Of a stretch of 64,000 bases of DNA, positions 47,540-60,029 are shown one piece after another. The stretch comes from Schmidtea nova (lineage: Eukaryota). Both the position numbers and the translations under genes were made by a program. Below the pieces are notes generated by a model. The model did not search any database, was not told the origin of the DNA, and was given only the letters and a program-made list of their open reading frames with translations. The stretch is taken from positions 446,214,001 to 446,278,000 of the forward strand of contig CM097883.1 in the NCBI GenBank assembly GCA_044892505.1, given 5' to 3'. Each line of letters opens with the position of its first letter. Position 1 is the stretch's first letter.

Positions 47540-49320
47540 TAATGCTGGGTTCATGGAGGGGTTCGATGAAAAATTCTAACGAGGCTAGGGATTCCCCATT
47601 CATGATCATGCATAAATACGCGTAAATTCACACAGGGTGGTTAAACAATGATGGGCAGGTGAGCACTATTGCTAGGACTACTCCCCATTTATGTTTACTG
47701 GTTCATTGCTGCCGTTGGAAGGACTTACGCTCTATTCGTGAATGATTTTTTTTGATTTGTTTCATCTCGTAACATGTATTACTTACTTTCATTGGAATAT
47801 TTTATACTCGGGTTATTTAGTTGCGTCTATTAACACTCTTGTGAATGAATTATATGACTTTTAAAGAATCTATTACAATTATTATATTATCTTTGCTTTA
47901 TTAATTAACGAAATTACGAAAATGTCAACACGAGTGCTAGGATGTTTTATTGTTACAATATATGGTTGAAAATCCCTTCTGGATGAAAAATCTCAGTCAA
48001 CAGTTCTTCACATAGTTTATTCAACGCGTCGACCTGGTCTTGTAGTTTCTGCGCGAAGAGTTTCCTGTATCCGTCGCTTCTGACCAATTCGTTTGCGTTT
48101 TTGATGCGCACTGATTGAGGGAGTGTTCGCAATCGTTTCGGTCAGGCCTTCGACATCAGTACCGATTGAGGTTGTCGAGGTTTTCTCGGTGATCCACCCT
48201 TGATAGGTCACCGGCATGATTTGTGCTTTCAGCTCTCGTTCGATATAAGAGGCCATCACTGAGAGGAGTCATTTATGCAACTCGACCTTGGTTGCCTCCA
48301 CTCCATTTTGTAGTCCTCTGTGGTCCTCTGAGCTCGCTCGGTTTTACCGATTTGATCCTTCATCCGCGCAGGAGCAAACCAACTCTTGCGCAGATAAGTT
48401 ATTTGGGCCTCCGCTTTGACCAGTTGTTCCTTGCCAATTCTTTGTCCTGGACTCTTCGGATTCTCCACAGTTTTTCTATTTCTTTCTGCTGTGGTGATTC
48501 GGGATTCATTCTACAAATTGGGTTAAGTTTAAACTTTTACACGAATTGCATGGTAATTGGTTATTTATATCTACGAAAATTTTTCCAAATCAATTACAAA
48601 CAAGCAAACAAAATTAACAACTCGACTCTAGCTAAATTTCTATTGGTTAATATCAATCATAAAAAACGTTATTTCTAAAAAGAATGTGAAGTTCCTGGTT
48701 TACAGCTACTCTGCGCAGTCTTGCTAGCGAAAACTTGGGTTGCTTGGCTTTACATTCCTTCCCCAACGATCGTGATGGGACAAAAGCAGAGTCCTAGCTG
48801 CTTTAGTTCTCCTTGGGGAATACGTCCCCAATATATTAATTGGCTGTGCTTTCCCTTTGAGTCGTTCACGACTATTATCAACCGGCCGAATTTGTTCGAA
48901 TAACGTTGATTTGGAATCGTCCACTTCGGGCCTCCTCGATACATTATGTGGTCATTACTATCTGCCCAAATAGAGAACGGGCATCTCTTGTTTAAACTCC
49001 GGCGCCATTTATACATTTGCGCATTTACTGTTCGCAGAATTTGTGGCGGTAGATCCTTCAACTCCCTGTCATTGTGTTTGGCATCAACAGTCTCTATAGA
49101 TCTCCTGCAATCCGTTAGTAGTTGATTTATTCCCGCTAGTGACACCTGTGTTATTTCACGGAATAAAGGAAATTAATTTATTATTAATAACAATTTCGTT
49201 TTAATGCGCTTAAAGAAAGGTTGGGTTACCTCTATCGTGATGTACCACGATCAGAATAGTCTTATATAGTTCCTTTATTTAAATGTCCCTGCGCTATGTA
49301 CAGCGATCAGGATAATTATT
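47540..49320 (-). mobile_element. Unclassified two-ORF repeat element, copy 3 (ORF A 48750-49145, ORF B 48017-48468, frameshifted)
   Basis: MYKWRR..PFSIW...YRGGP.W and LRKSWFAPA.MK.Q..TERAQ.T are shared with copy 2. Confidence 0.65.
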
Positions 49321-49399
49321 AAAGTAAAATTTAAATAAATTCTATTTTTAACCTTTTGTTTTCAGTAGCTATTTTGTCTAGTTGACTTATTAACTTACT

Positions 49400-50459
49400 A
49401 AAAATTTTGTTTGTTTCGTTAATTTCTGTTCTTTTGTTTTCTTCCTCCTCTTGTTCATGGTTAAGTATTTTGTTTTTGTAGTCATGAGTACTATTAATGC
49501 TGGGGTAAGTTCCTGCATTTATTTTATCGACAATGTCTGTCCGCCTTTTATTTTCGGTTTCATTATTTTTAGTTGCTAATGTTTGACATGATCTCTGTTC
49601 ATTTACGTCAATGTTTGCTAATTTTGTTTGGACGTACTCAAAATTCTGTTTTAGTGGACTTGAAAAATTATTTTGGATATTATCCTTTTGCCTGTTGTTT
49701 GTGAAAGGTTCTTGTATTTCTTTTTTGTTTGTTTCGTCCCTATTTTCTTATATGCTGCACAGTTTTTCAAATGGGTTATTGCAATTGAAAATTTTGTCTA
49801 TTTGATCCGCAATTGTTTTGTGTATATTGCTTGGGAGTGCCGTGAATATTTGTGAGCATATTAGTCTTTATGAGGTTATCCCGCTCAAGGTTAATGTCAA
49901 TTTGGCTAGTTTCAACCATGTTTGCACCGAACCTTCTTCGTTGATAAAAAAATTTGGGATTGGATTAATCATGGGATTAATTGTGTGAGTGTTTTCTGGG
50001 TTAAAATAATAGTGGCTATTTTCCCTTTGTGTTTGGGTGTTTTCGTCGTTGTAATAATAATTGTTGTTTGGGTGTTGGGGTTGTGTATTTTCGTTGTCAA
50101 TGGGTGTTTGTATAGTATTTGAGTTTGTTTGACTTGATGCCATTTGATTTGTATTGTTGTTGTTTGTTATGTGAAAAAAAATGAGCTTGACTGAAGGATA
50201 TAGCCTACTGTGTTCGGCTAAAAGTGACGTTAATCCTTATACCTCTATAATAGGTATGCTAAAAGCGTTAACGTTTGAAAAAACGACGAGTGTGTGTGTT
50301 GACTTCTGACACCAGTTGTAATGTTGTTATTTACTTGTTTCGAATGGTTTTATAGTCAGATTTTATAAATATGTACAGGGAGAAGTGTAAGCGCCCGAGA
50401 GAGTCTTACTGTAATTGTGTGCAGTCACTCGGGGTGTATGCTATGTAATGTAGCCACAG
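49400..50459 (-). mobile_element. Truncated CsRn1-like LTR element: short 5' LTR, Leu PBS and gag relic
   Basis: Candidate LTR 50317-50459, PBS TGGTGTCAGAAGT at 50302-50314, ORF 49868-50143 with PNFF...SVQTWL..LTLSGITS resembling the Gag core of the main element; in-frame stops follow. Confidence 0.65.
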
Positions 50460-51484
50460 TAAGTCGAAACAACAGTAAGTTTAAATGAAGAGTGATAACA
50501 AAATTGCAATTATAAAAAGAACTTTTATTGGAACCAACAAAATTAATAAATTTACTCACAGATGGGATAAAATGTTATATTGGGTAAGATGTTAGAACGG
50601 ATAAATTGCTAAGCGATAAGTCTGGGCTATTCTTTTCTAGATGGTATGTTCAACTTTTTTAATACGAATCTTTGTTTGGTAATGTTGTATAAATTCTTTC
50701 TGACCTTTAGATATACTATTTTATCCTTTCCTCTTTCCCGTATCCTATTTAATCTACTGCTTGATTGCTGGATTTTTTATTGTTTCTGATTTGAGAAATT
50801 TTCGATAAACGAAGATCTTGAAATTCAATTCTTTCCTTTTCCCAATATCCTATTCAATCTACTGCTTGATTGCTGGATTTTTTAATTGTTTCCGATTTGA
50901 GAAATTTGCAATAAACGATAATTTTGAAATTCAATTCTTCCAACACTTGTAATCTTCTAAAAACTGGGAAATTGAGAAATTTTAATCCAAATTGAGAAAT
51001 TTAATTCTATTATCGATTTTGTGATTATTTTCCTTAGCTTACTATAGTTTATTACTATAGTAAGCTATTTGAATTCAATATTTGAATTATTATAATAGTA
51101 ATAATTATAATAATAATAAAAATTATTATACACAAAAAATTGGGGGTCCCCGGTGACCGCGAAGGCACCGTCCATAACAATGACGGCGCTTACATCATCA
51201 CACGAAAATAGCAATCATCATAATCATAAAAATAACAACTACCAGCAAACTTTTCATACACTACAATAATATAAATTTAATTAAGCTTCTAGTATTAATC
51301 GATTTATTATTTTTATTGTGTGATTAGATATCACTAAATTTCTTTTTTAATACATTTAAACTTTTTTAACAAAAACATAATAAAAAATACAGTACCTAGA
51401 AGAGTAACTTACAGGGCACAACTTAAATACTCAACCATAGAAAAAGAATGCCATGCAATAGTTTTCGCGTTAAAACAATTTAAA

Positions 51485-51486
<2 letters not shown>

Positions 51487-51541
<55 letters not shown>
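51487..51541. repeat. (TA)n(TG)n microsatellite
   Basis: Directly visible. Confidence 0.95.
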
Positions 51542-51542
<1 letters not shown>

Positions 51543-52743
51543 AACAGAGATAATAATAAGAACAGATGCAGCAATATTTCATAGGGGCCCTCAAGCACTT
51601 GACAACGATTTCCATGAAGCAACAAACAGCCAACTGGAAGAAGATGACCAAGTAAAATAAATTTGATTGCGAATTCAAATATTTCAGGAAATAGAGCGGT
51701 AAACAACGCAATGCTAAACGAATTTGAATGGAACATCACAAATATCAATGCAAAAATGCAAGACACAGCACAAGATATACATCGCAAATATATTGAAAGC
51801 GATGCATTTACCATCCTTGATTATAAAATGCGTTTACGCATTTATCCTAATGATTGTGGCCTGTGTTACAGTAATAAATTACAGTATTACATCATCAATT
51901 GCATAAGAATTATTGTATTATGAAAGAATTTTAAATTTTATATGAAATTATGCAATGTTTGCATAATTATTATATAACATCCATGTAACACTTCCATGAT
52001 AATTGCGTAATAATCATACAATGATGCCATAATAATTATGTAATAACTATATATTGATTACGTAACAATATACAGTATTGCGTGATTTTGGTGGGTAATT
52101 GTAGAACTATTACGTATTATATACAGTTTAGGGATAAATGGCTTGGCCCCGTGACTTCACTATCCCCTACTAACGTAATAATCTATTTGCATATTATGTT
52201 TCAATGAAGAGCCCCGCGTAATGGGGCATTATTATCTTTAAAAAAACAAGTTAAAATTTCGTTGGTCAACCAACAAAATGGGGATGTTTTTTCCGTTAGG
52301 AAAAAGAGAAAATATATCATTCCACCATCAAATGATATTGATAAAAACATGTGTGGATTCGATAAATTTATTCAGCTAGAACATTTATATTCAATTGAGA
52401 ATGTTTGTATTATATTTTCATTAAATTAGCTTTGATTTGTTAAATAAAAGTTTATTTTTCTCTTTCTTTTTAATCTTTCATTTTCACTTTTAGCAGTTTT
52501 TTTAAATGTGTAATTTATTGTGCCATTTTATTAAGGTCATTTATTCGATTCTCATAGATTCCCTTATAAATTGCTTCAATGGATAAATCATTTGAGCTGA
52601 AAAGGATCTTCACTTATTATCTTTCATTGATATAAAATGATTTTTAAAATTCGGAAAAAGTAAATGAATTAACACCCAAAGTTCATTTCAAGAGATTCTT
52701 TTTTTATTTGTTTTGTCGTTCTGCGTTCAATTCCTTCCATTGA

Positions 52744-53603
52744 TTGGTTACAAATGCCGCATATAAGAGGTACATGCCAATTCAAATGGAAGAGAGAGAT
52801 TCGGAAAAAACAGTATTTGTCATCGAAGACGGTTTATACGAATATACGAGACTACCCTTCGGGTTAACTAATGCGCCAGCTATATTTCAACGCCTAATGA
52901 ACACAATATTAGAAGATGTACAACATTGCGCAGTCTACATGGATGATATATTGATATCATCAAAGACATTCGAGGAACATCTAAATGATAAAACAAATGT
53001 GCTCGAAAGACTGAGAAAAGCTAGGATAAAAATAAAACCTGTGAAATGTAAATGGGCAGAGCCTTCAGCGTTATTATTAGGACATATAGTCACAGTAGAG
53101 AGGAATAAAACCAAACCTGGACAAAATAGAAGTTGTTAAGAAATTTCCAATTCCAAAATCAAAACAACAAGTAGAGGGTTTTTTAGGATTAACATTATAT
53201 TACCGTAAATTTATACAAGATTATGCAAAAATAGCAGCACCAATAATAAAACTAACAAAAGGAGTTAAAACAAAAGGGGAATGTAAGAATGTATTAATAG
53301 TGCAGGAAATGCCACAAAAGAAATGGACAAGTGAACATCAAAATGCATTCGATAAACTAAAAAATAAATTAATAACAGCACCAGTATTAAGATACTCCGA
53401 TTTTAAAAAACAATTCATTGTTATGACAGACGCCAGTGGGAAAGCCGTAGGAGCAGTCTTAGGACAAGAGGAAGAAAAAGGCAAAGATTGTGTAATAGCT
53501 TATGCAAGTAAAACATTAAAAGGAGCACAACTTAAATACTCAACCATAGAAAAAGAATGCTATGCAATAGTTTTCGCATTAAAACAATTTAAACCATATA
53601 TAC
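52744..53603 (+). pseudogene. pol: Second Ty3/gypsy RT-RNase H fragment (frameshifted)
   Basis: YEYTRLPFGLTNAPAIFQR, YMDDILI, frameshift near 53100, FLGL..YYRKFI, TDASGKAVGAVL, YSTIEKECYAI. Confidence 0.9.
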
Positions 53604-53660
53604 GATGTTTTTTCCGTTGGGAAAAAGAGAAAATATATCATTCCACCAACAAATAATATA

Positions 53661-53860
53661 NNNNNNNNNNNNNNNNNNNNNNNNNNNNNNNNNNNNNNNN
53701 NNNNNNNNNNNNNNNNNNNNNNNNNNNNNNNNNNNNNNNNNNNNNNNNNNNNNNNNNNNNNNNNNNNNNNNNNNNNNNNNNNNNNNNNNNNNNNNNNNNN
53801 NNNNNNNNNNNNNNNNNNNNNNNNNNNNNNNNNNNNNNNNNNNNNNNNNNNNNNNNNNNN
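53661..53860. other. Assembly gap (N run)
   Basis: Run of N. Confidence 1.
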
Positions 53861-55639
53861 GGGAAACACGGGAGCATATTTTAGATAATTGTAAAGTTTT
53901 GAATTAAAAAAAAAATTTTTGATATAAAATCATGATTGTGTTGAATCGGATTCGGTTTCACATACGTAACTCTGGATTGATGCCGGGTCTCCAATTATTA
54001 GATAATCTTAATACCCATCATTAGTAAATCATATCAAGACTGCTGGCAATATTTTAAGAAGTGCAAGAGCAACACCGATTTGGCAGTATGTAATATTTGC
54101 GCGAAAACTCTTTCCTGCAAAGCCTCGGCAACAACTGGACTTTGAAGACATCTTGAGGGAGTTCGCGGATTTCAAAGAACAGAAAATCCATCGACAAGTG
54201 TGATCAAAGACGATGGAGATTATCAAGTTGATAAACGTGCTCGATGCTCTACAGATGAGACAATTGTAAAGTTTCTAAGACGATCCACGTTATCTGAAGA
54301 AGTTACTACACTTGCAGTAATTGATAGATTCACATTTAAGCAAATCAGCCAGTCTCGATTAATTAGACAAGCATTATCTGACAAAGGCTATAAATTGTCC
54401 AAAAATCCCACAGATATTATGAATCTGATGATGGACTTTTACAATGATAAAAAACAAAAATTGATAAACAAAATTAGTGACCTAAAATTAAAAAATGTGA
54501 AGTTCAGTGTTTCTATTGACGAATGGACAGGTACAAACAATAGAAGATATATGGATGTTCAAATTTATTATTTAAATAAAAAGGATAACCTTGGAATGAT
54601 ACCGATACAAGGTAGTTGCAGTGCTGAAAATATGTTAAAAGTGGTTAGCGAAAAATTGTCGGTAAACTATCTCAGGTATATCAGCAGCTGTGCTACAATC
54701 ATGGACTTCATTTAGCAGTTATAAAAGTGCTTTACGAAAGTAAAAAAATAGTAATGATGTCGATGAAAGTGATGCATCACTCGAAGACATTGTTTTTGAT
54801 TCCGACGAGGAAGATTATTATGAAGAAATATGAAATTTAAAACTGATACCGACTATAGAGGATACAATAAACGGAATCAGAAAAATCGTAAAGATTTTCA
54901 GACGTTCTCCCGTGAGGAATAGTATTTTACAAAAATATGTAGTTGAGGTTGAAAAAAAAATTTTTGATCCTCATTTTAGACGTGAAAACCAGATGGAACA
55001 CAATGGAGGCAATGCTAGACAGCTTTTTAAAAATTAAATACCCGGTTAAAAAAGCGTTAAGAGACATAAATTTTAGTAATCTGTGGAGCGAAGAAAACAT
55101 AATTATTGCTGAAGAGATCCTAAAAACTTTGCAACCAATAAAGGTCACTGTGGAATTTCTTAGCAGAGAAGAGACTACATTGTTGATAGCTGAAGGGGCT
55201 CTAATATTTTTATTTAAACCATTGGAGTATACTGATTCTGGTTTAGGCTTACAATTTCAACGGACTATTAAAGATGAGTTAAATAATAGAAGAAAAAATC
55301 CATTGATTTCATTAATAAAACATTTACAAAATCCAGAATCAATCTCTAATTCAAAAAATAATGACTTCTGTGGTTATTCTTCAAAATCAGAATTTTGCAA
55401 AATGGGGAAACAAATTTATGGAAGATTATTAAATGTACCAATAAATTGCAATGACTCTCATCAATCTGTTGAATAGTTGAAATCTACAGAATCAATCAAG
55501 GAAATCGGTAACTTATTATTGGCTCAACAATTGGAGCAAGAAGTTGCATTTAGCAGTAAAAAAACCTGTCTTACGGAGTAATAGAAAAAAGATTTCAAGA
55601 TATATGAATCGACTGGAAAGAGAACGGATAATTTACAAT

Positions 55640-58600
55640 TAGAGTTTATTCTCGAGAATTCCTTTTCTCGATTTCTCGAGAATTCCTACTAAATTATTTT
55701 TTCCCATTTCTCGAGAAATTTTATTTGAATTCTCGAGAATTCCGAGAATTTGAAAAAAATTACGGTACTTCTATACTTTCCCCCCCTTTGATTTTTGGCA
55801 TGCGTGTAAATCTTTTGGCAACATTTTCTTAATAATGTTTGTTTCGTACGACGAAAGTATAATATTGGTAGACAAATAAACGAGCAATGAGTGTTTGGCG
55901 GGATTTGCCGTGAGACAAAGGAATGTTTCTTGTATGCCATACCAGACAGATCGGAATCAACACTACTTCCCGTTATTAAGGAGTCAATTTTGCTGCATAG
56001 AACAATCGTAAGTGATCGATGGGCAGCATACAATGGCATTACTGAAATACCAAATATGCATTATACACATTTAACTGTCAATCACTCAGAAAACTTTGTT
56101 GACCCAAACAATGGTGCATGTACAAATACTGTGGAAGGAATGTGGAATCTTGCTAAACAGAAACACAAAAGAAGATGGGGAACTCACCGAAGTCTCCTCG
56201 ACTCCTACCCATGTGAATTCATATAGAGACAGAGAAATAAATGAAAGGATTTGTTTGAATGTATTTTGCGTAATTTAGTATTGTACAATCCTTTACAATA
56301 AATTATAATGATTTGTTATATAATAATCAAAGGTGGGGGAGTATAGAAGTACCAAAATTACATTTACTATAAATTCTTGTAATGTTTTAATTTTAAATCA
56401 CCAAACTTGTAGCTGTTTCAATCATAAGAAAAGTTTACATTGGCAAAACTATGGATTTTTGATAGCGACAGCATTGTTTTTGTTTATTATTTTTCACATG
56501 CAGCTGCTGTCAATAATTTATCGATAAAATTAAATTAACTATTTTTTAAATAAATAATAAATAACGTATGTATTATTTACTTTGAAATTAAAGCATTTTA
56601 TATTACTTTCAAAATAGTATTAGATTTTTTTTATTTTAGATTAAGTAATCCTGCAAAGATGGACAATTCAATGAAAAGCGAATATGTTGATTGTTGAAAA
56701 ATAATAAATATTTTGAAAAAAATAATAAAGAAACAGCTAATTGTAAAGTTTGTTCAAAATGAATATCATGCAAAGGATCATCCACAACTGGTCTGCATCG
56801 GCATTTAGAGCATATACATTCAATGAGACGAATACAAAAAAATAGTAATATTTCATCAAATTTAAAACGCATTAAAATAGCAAAAGAAACATCAAGTTAA
56901 TCGACCAAGTTTTAATGAAATCGTTTCTAAATTAGCCGCTAAAGATGGTATGACCATCAGACAAATATGTACGAGTGATTTCATACGAACTAGTTTAAAA
57001 ACATTAGGATTTACTTTATCAAAACAGCCTAGAGATGTAATGAAAATGATATTCGACTTTTACGATGAAATCAAAGGAAATATAATTAAAAATATAAAAA
57101 AAAGGCAGTTAGAAGACCAAAAAGTTTAAGGAATCGAGTTTAAGGAATCGCAGATTTTTAAATATACACGTGTATTACAGTGATACTGATTCTTATAATC
57201 TGGGTTTGGTGAGAATGTATGGAAGCAGTCCGTCAGAAGCTTTAATCAAACTAGTTGAAGAGAAACTTAAAAGTTTTGAATTAAGTGTTGAAAAGGATAT
57301 TGTGGCAACTACGAGTGACGGTGCCAGTGTAATGTTAAAATTTGGACGATTATCACCAGCTGAACATCAACTTTGTTACAAACATGCCATAGATTTGGAA
57401 ATTATAATAGTTATTTATTACAAAAACTCGTAGATCATCAAAAACTAAGCGAATGCAATACGGAATTTGATGAATTGGATTTTGAAAATGAACAATGTGC
57501 AGCTTCAGAAAATTTAGACGATGGTGAGGATGATGAGTTCATTGCAGATAGATGTTTATCGCTTACTAGTGATATGAATATATCCGAAACGATTACAAGA
57601 ATGCAAAATATTGTTAAGTTATTAAAAAATTCACCAGTAAAAAAATTTATATTGCAAAAATATATGAGGCTGAAAAAAATGAATTATCATTATTTTTGGA
57701 TTGCCCAACACGATGGAACAGCTTGTTTACTATGTTAGAAAGATTCTTGAGAGTAATTATTTCGATAGAGAAGGCGTTGGACGAATTGAATTTAAGTAGT
57801 CTATGGAAAATCGAAGACACAAACACAGCCAAATCTATACTCGATACATTACAACCTGTCAAAGTTGCAATCGAAGCATTAGGCCACGCAGGCGCAAATC
57901 TTCTTACAAGCAAAGGAATACTCAAATTCTTGTTCAGCACATTAAAAACTGAATCTTCAAATTTGAGCCAAAAATTACTAGTTGAACTAAAAATGCAATT
58001 GTCAAAAAGAAGAAATAAATCATTAATTTCACTAGTTAAATTCCTTCAAGATCCAAATTTTTCATGGGAAGGTGATGATTTTTTCAGCTTCACCTCTAAA
58101 GCTGACATTATAAAAGTTGCAAAAGCTTTTATGAAAATACTTTTCAGTATAAATGAAAAGAATGATGAGTTCTAAAATTGTTATTCCAGATACCAGCAAT
58201 AAAGAAGACAATGATGATTTCTTAAAATAGTAAAAAATGTAAGATTAAACCAACTATTATAAAAGCCAATCGAGAAAAGAACCAGTGGCTGATGATAACT
58301 TTTCAACATTTGCTAGAGAAGTTAATCTTTATGAATTAACAGGAAAAATCACCAGCAACTTAGAACTCTTAAGAACAGCTCTATTAACTATAAGACCGAA
58401 AAATGAGCGTAATTTTTCTGTATGTGGACTGTTTATATTTTTTAAAACATTATTTTATAAAAAATTAAATGTTTTTAAATAAAGTTTCTATTTTCAATAA
58501 TATTTTATTATACATACATTAGCCTTTATTTAATATTTAATATTCATTTTTAAACAATGAATTATTGAACAGATATTTTTTTAGATAATATTTATTGAAT

Positions 58601-58763
58601 TTTTGTTTATTTTTATTATCATTTGTTAATTTTATATGATTTATTTTTATTTTTTATGATTTAATAAAAGTATCGTTATGTATCGTCAAGAATTCTCGAG
58701 AAACAATAATTCGATTCTCAAATTTCTCGAGAATGAAAAAACGTCGAGAATTGCACAACTTTA
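55640..58763 (+). mobile_element. hAT transposon 2 nested in hAT 1
   Basis: Ends TAGAGTT and AACTTTA with CTCGAGAA subterminal arrays; perfect 8-bp TSD TTTACAAT (55632-55639, 58764-58771); fragmented transposase (BED finger, TTSDGASVM, PTRWNS, NERNFS). Confidence 0.88.
55764..56353 (+). mobile_element. Merlin (IS1016/ISXO2-like) deletion derivative nested in hAT 2
   Basis: ~29-bp TIRs GGTACTTCTATACT...CCTTTGATT; 8-bp TSD AAAATTAC (55756-55763, 56354-56361); ORF with VFGGICR, TIVSDRWAAY, VNHSENFVDP, TNTVEGMW. Confidence 0.92.
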
Positions 58764-59249
58764 TTTACAATGCTTTTTTGACGCATTGTTGTCAATTAAA
58801 CCGACGTCCACTCAAAATGAAAGAAATTTTTCAACGGCAGAAAATTTCTTGACAAAAAAAGAGCAAGAATGTGATAAAACTTTGGACACAATGTGTTTCT
58901 TAAAAGGTATTTTCAAAAACAATAAATAATGATGTATTTTAATTCACACAATTCTTAACAATAAAATTTTAAATGTTTATTATTCTTCTAGATGTTATAT
59001 TTCATTTACATACTAAGATAATAAGTTTATTAATATTGATATATACATTTTATATGTCATATTTTCTTATTTCAAATACACTTATTCACTTCTCAAATTT
59101 CTCGAGGATTCTCGAGAAATTTGAAAAAGCGATTTCGAGAATTCTCATTTCTTGAGAAATGAAAATCATCGAGAAATCAGAAACACGGGATAATGAATTA
59201 AACAACGACAAGGGAACGCGAAAACATTTGAAGATTAGTTAATGGACAG

Positions 59250-59830
59250 CGAGGACGATCACATATTCATAAGCGAGAAAAAACCGCAGATAGAACAAAT
59301 ATAAGAAATCAAGGAGGAGCCTAGAATACAACGAACTCAATATGAAAAAATAGACGGATGCGATCTGGATCCATATGAAGAATATTTTTCATTGGATGAA
59401 GAAGGAACGAGTGAGATAACAAAGGGGATAAAAGAGAACGACCCCATGGAAGAAGATATCTGACCCGAACCAAATGTAGAGATACTATCAGATTGGAACG
59501 ATGCAGAAGCAAATCAAGAAGAATTAAATTTCGAATTGGATGGAAACAAAAAAGTAATCACAGAAAAGGATTTGTGTACTCATTTTGGTAAACGAATTGA
59601 GTATGACGAAACCCTGAATTTGGCAAGGATAGCGAAATAGAATTGTCTTAAGCGATAAAGGTAATGAGGACATTACCTTGAAGGCACAGGGAGGAATGTT
59701 AGATGATGAGGGTCGACACATCAATACATTCATTCTCTCTAAATACTATAGAACAGGGCCCAATAAATATAGAATAAACATTTATCCAGAAAAGGAATAA
59801 AGAAATTTCACCTCATTCTGTGCAACAACA
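59250..59830 (+). mobile_element. Possible 3' end relic of another LTR retrotransposon
   Basis: AGGGAGGAA purine tract followed by TGTTAG at ~59690-59702 and an AATAAA downstream; upstream frames are degraded. Confidence 0.3.
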
Positions 59831-60029
59831 AGTCAATCAATCTCAATCATCTAATCAACCCAATCTTCGTCAATCAGCCCAACCCTCTATCAACATTTCA
59901 TATGATTAGTTGTTTTAAGAAAATCAGTCATCAATCGATCCAAATCAACGAACATCATCCTATCAATCGTTCTCCGACCAAAACAATTCAGTTCTCAATT
60001 CAAAACCCAATCAATTATTCATCTGTGAC

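Larger units (their letters stand above)
54030..59188 (+). mobile_element. hAT transposon 1 (decayed transposase, split by hAT 2)
   Basis: BED finger (WQYF..C.IC..L..HL), SIDEWT, TRWN; the C-terminal dimerisation region TGKRTDNLQ|CFFDALLSIKPTSTQNERNFS resumes at 58764. CTCGAGAA subterminal repeats at 59090-59185. Confidence 0.8.

Noticed and set aside
51410-51490. Second copy of the RNase H 3' fragment, plus the 52280-52340 copy of 53605-53660
   Set aside because: Short local duplicates next to a microsatellite and a gap; could be assembly or rearrangement debris with no independent coding potential.
55640-55760. CTCGAGAA repeat clusters as a CRISPR-like or operator array
   Set aside because: Irregular spacing with no unique spacers; explained as hAT subterminal repeats.
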